In this document: one piece after another, positions 63,996 to 64,000 of the stretch
Position numbering within the stretch: position 1 is the first letter of the stretch
Layout of the letters: every line of letters starts with the position of its first letter
NCBI GenBank assembly: GCA_049324275.1
Contig: JBMOLG010000004.1
Coordinates: forward strand, 29,279-93,278
Direction of reading: 5' to 3'
Length of the DNA stretch: 64,000 bases
DNA from: Nanobdellota archaeon
GTDB taxonomy: Archaea > Nanobdellota > Nanobdellia > Pacearchaeales > GW2011-AR1
Notes under the pieces: model-generated
Database searches by the model: none
What the model saw: only the letters and a program-made list of their open reading frames with translations
What the model was told of the DNA's origin: nothing
Position numbers and translations under genes: made by a program

Positions 63996-64000
63996 TTTCC

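Overview
The window is AT-rich and almost fully coding, and reads as archaeal. It carries L21e, L18e, RpoD/RpoF/RpoN, the DUF655 protein, an aIF5A-like fold, an archaemetzincin and an XerA-like recombinase. The short proteins and heavy investment in glycosylation fit a small-genome, DPANN-like archaeon, but that placement is inference only.

Layout:
1. 1-37 kb: one continuous surface-glycan or lipid-linked-sugar locus. It holds GT2, GT4, GT9 and GT-C transferases, SDR sugar-nucleotide enzymes, deacetylases, AsnB, a Wzx flippase, GtrA and a UbiA/PAP2 pair. Five paralogous B12-domain radical SAM enzymes and one SPASM radical SAM are scattered through it.
2. 37-43.3 kb: SecD/SecF, a KaiC-like ATPase operon, tRNA-Gly, tRNA-Arg, tRNA-Leu(CAA) and a stand-alone 5S rRNA.
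3. 43.3-47.2 kb: Rpp21-like protein, RpoN, a MacB-type ABC transporter and a frameshifted archaemetzincin.
4. 47.3-52 kb: L21e-RpoF-DUF655 and S13-S4-S11-RpoD-tRNA-L18e-L13-S9.
5. 52-58.6 kb: a repeat-dense accessory segment. It has a recombinase-domain protein, SpeH, an XerA-like recombinase, small ORFs and two coiled-coil/wHTH proteins. It also has three unrelated DNA repeat families and a perfect 10-6-10 palindrome.
6. 58.7-64 kb: Lhr helicase, a PdeM/MPE-like phosphoesterase and hypotheticals.

Best candidates for new biology are the radical-SAM-saturated glycan locus and the motif/iteron-rich segment after the S9 operon. No CRISPR array, cas genes, restriction-modification or other recognisable defence system was seen.

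All calls come from reading the ORF translations and hand-folding the RNAs. No searches were run. RNA ends are good to about +/-2 nt.
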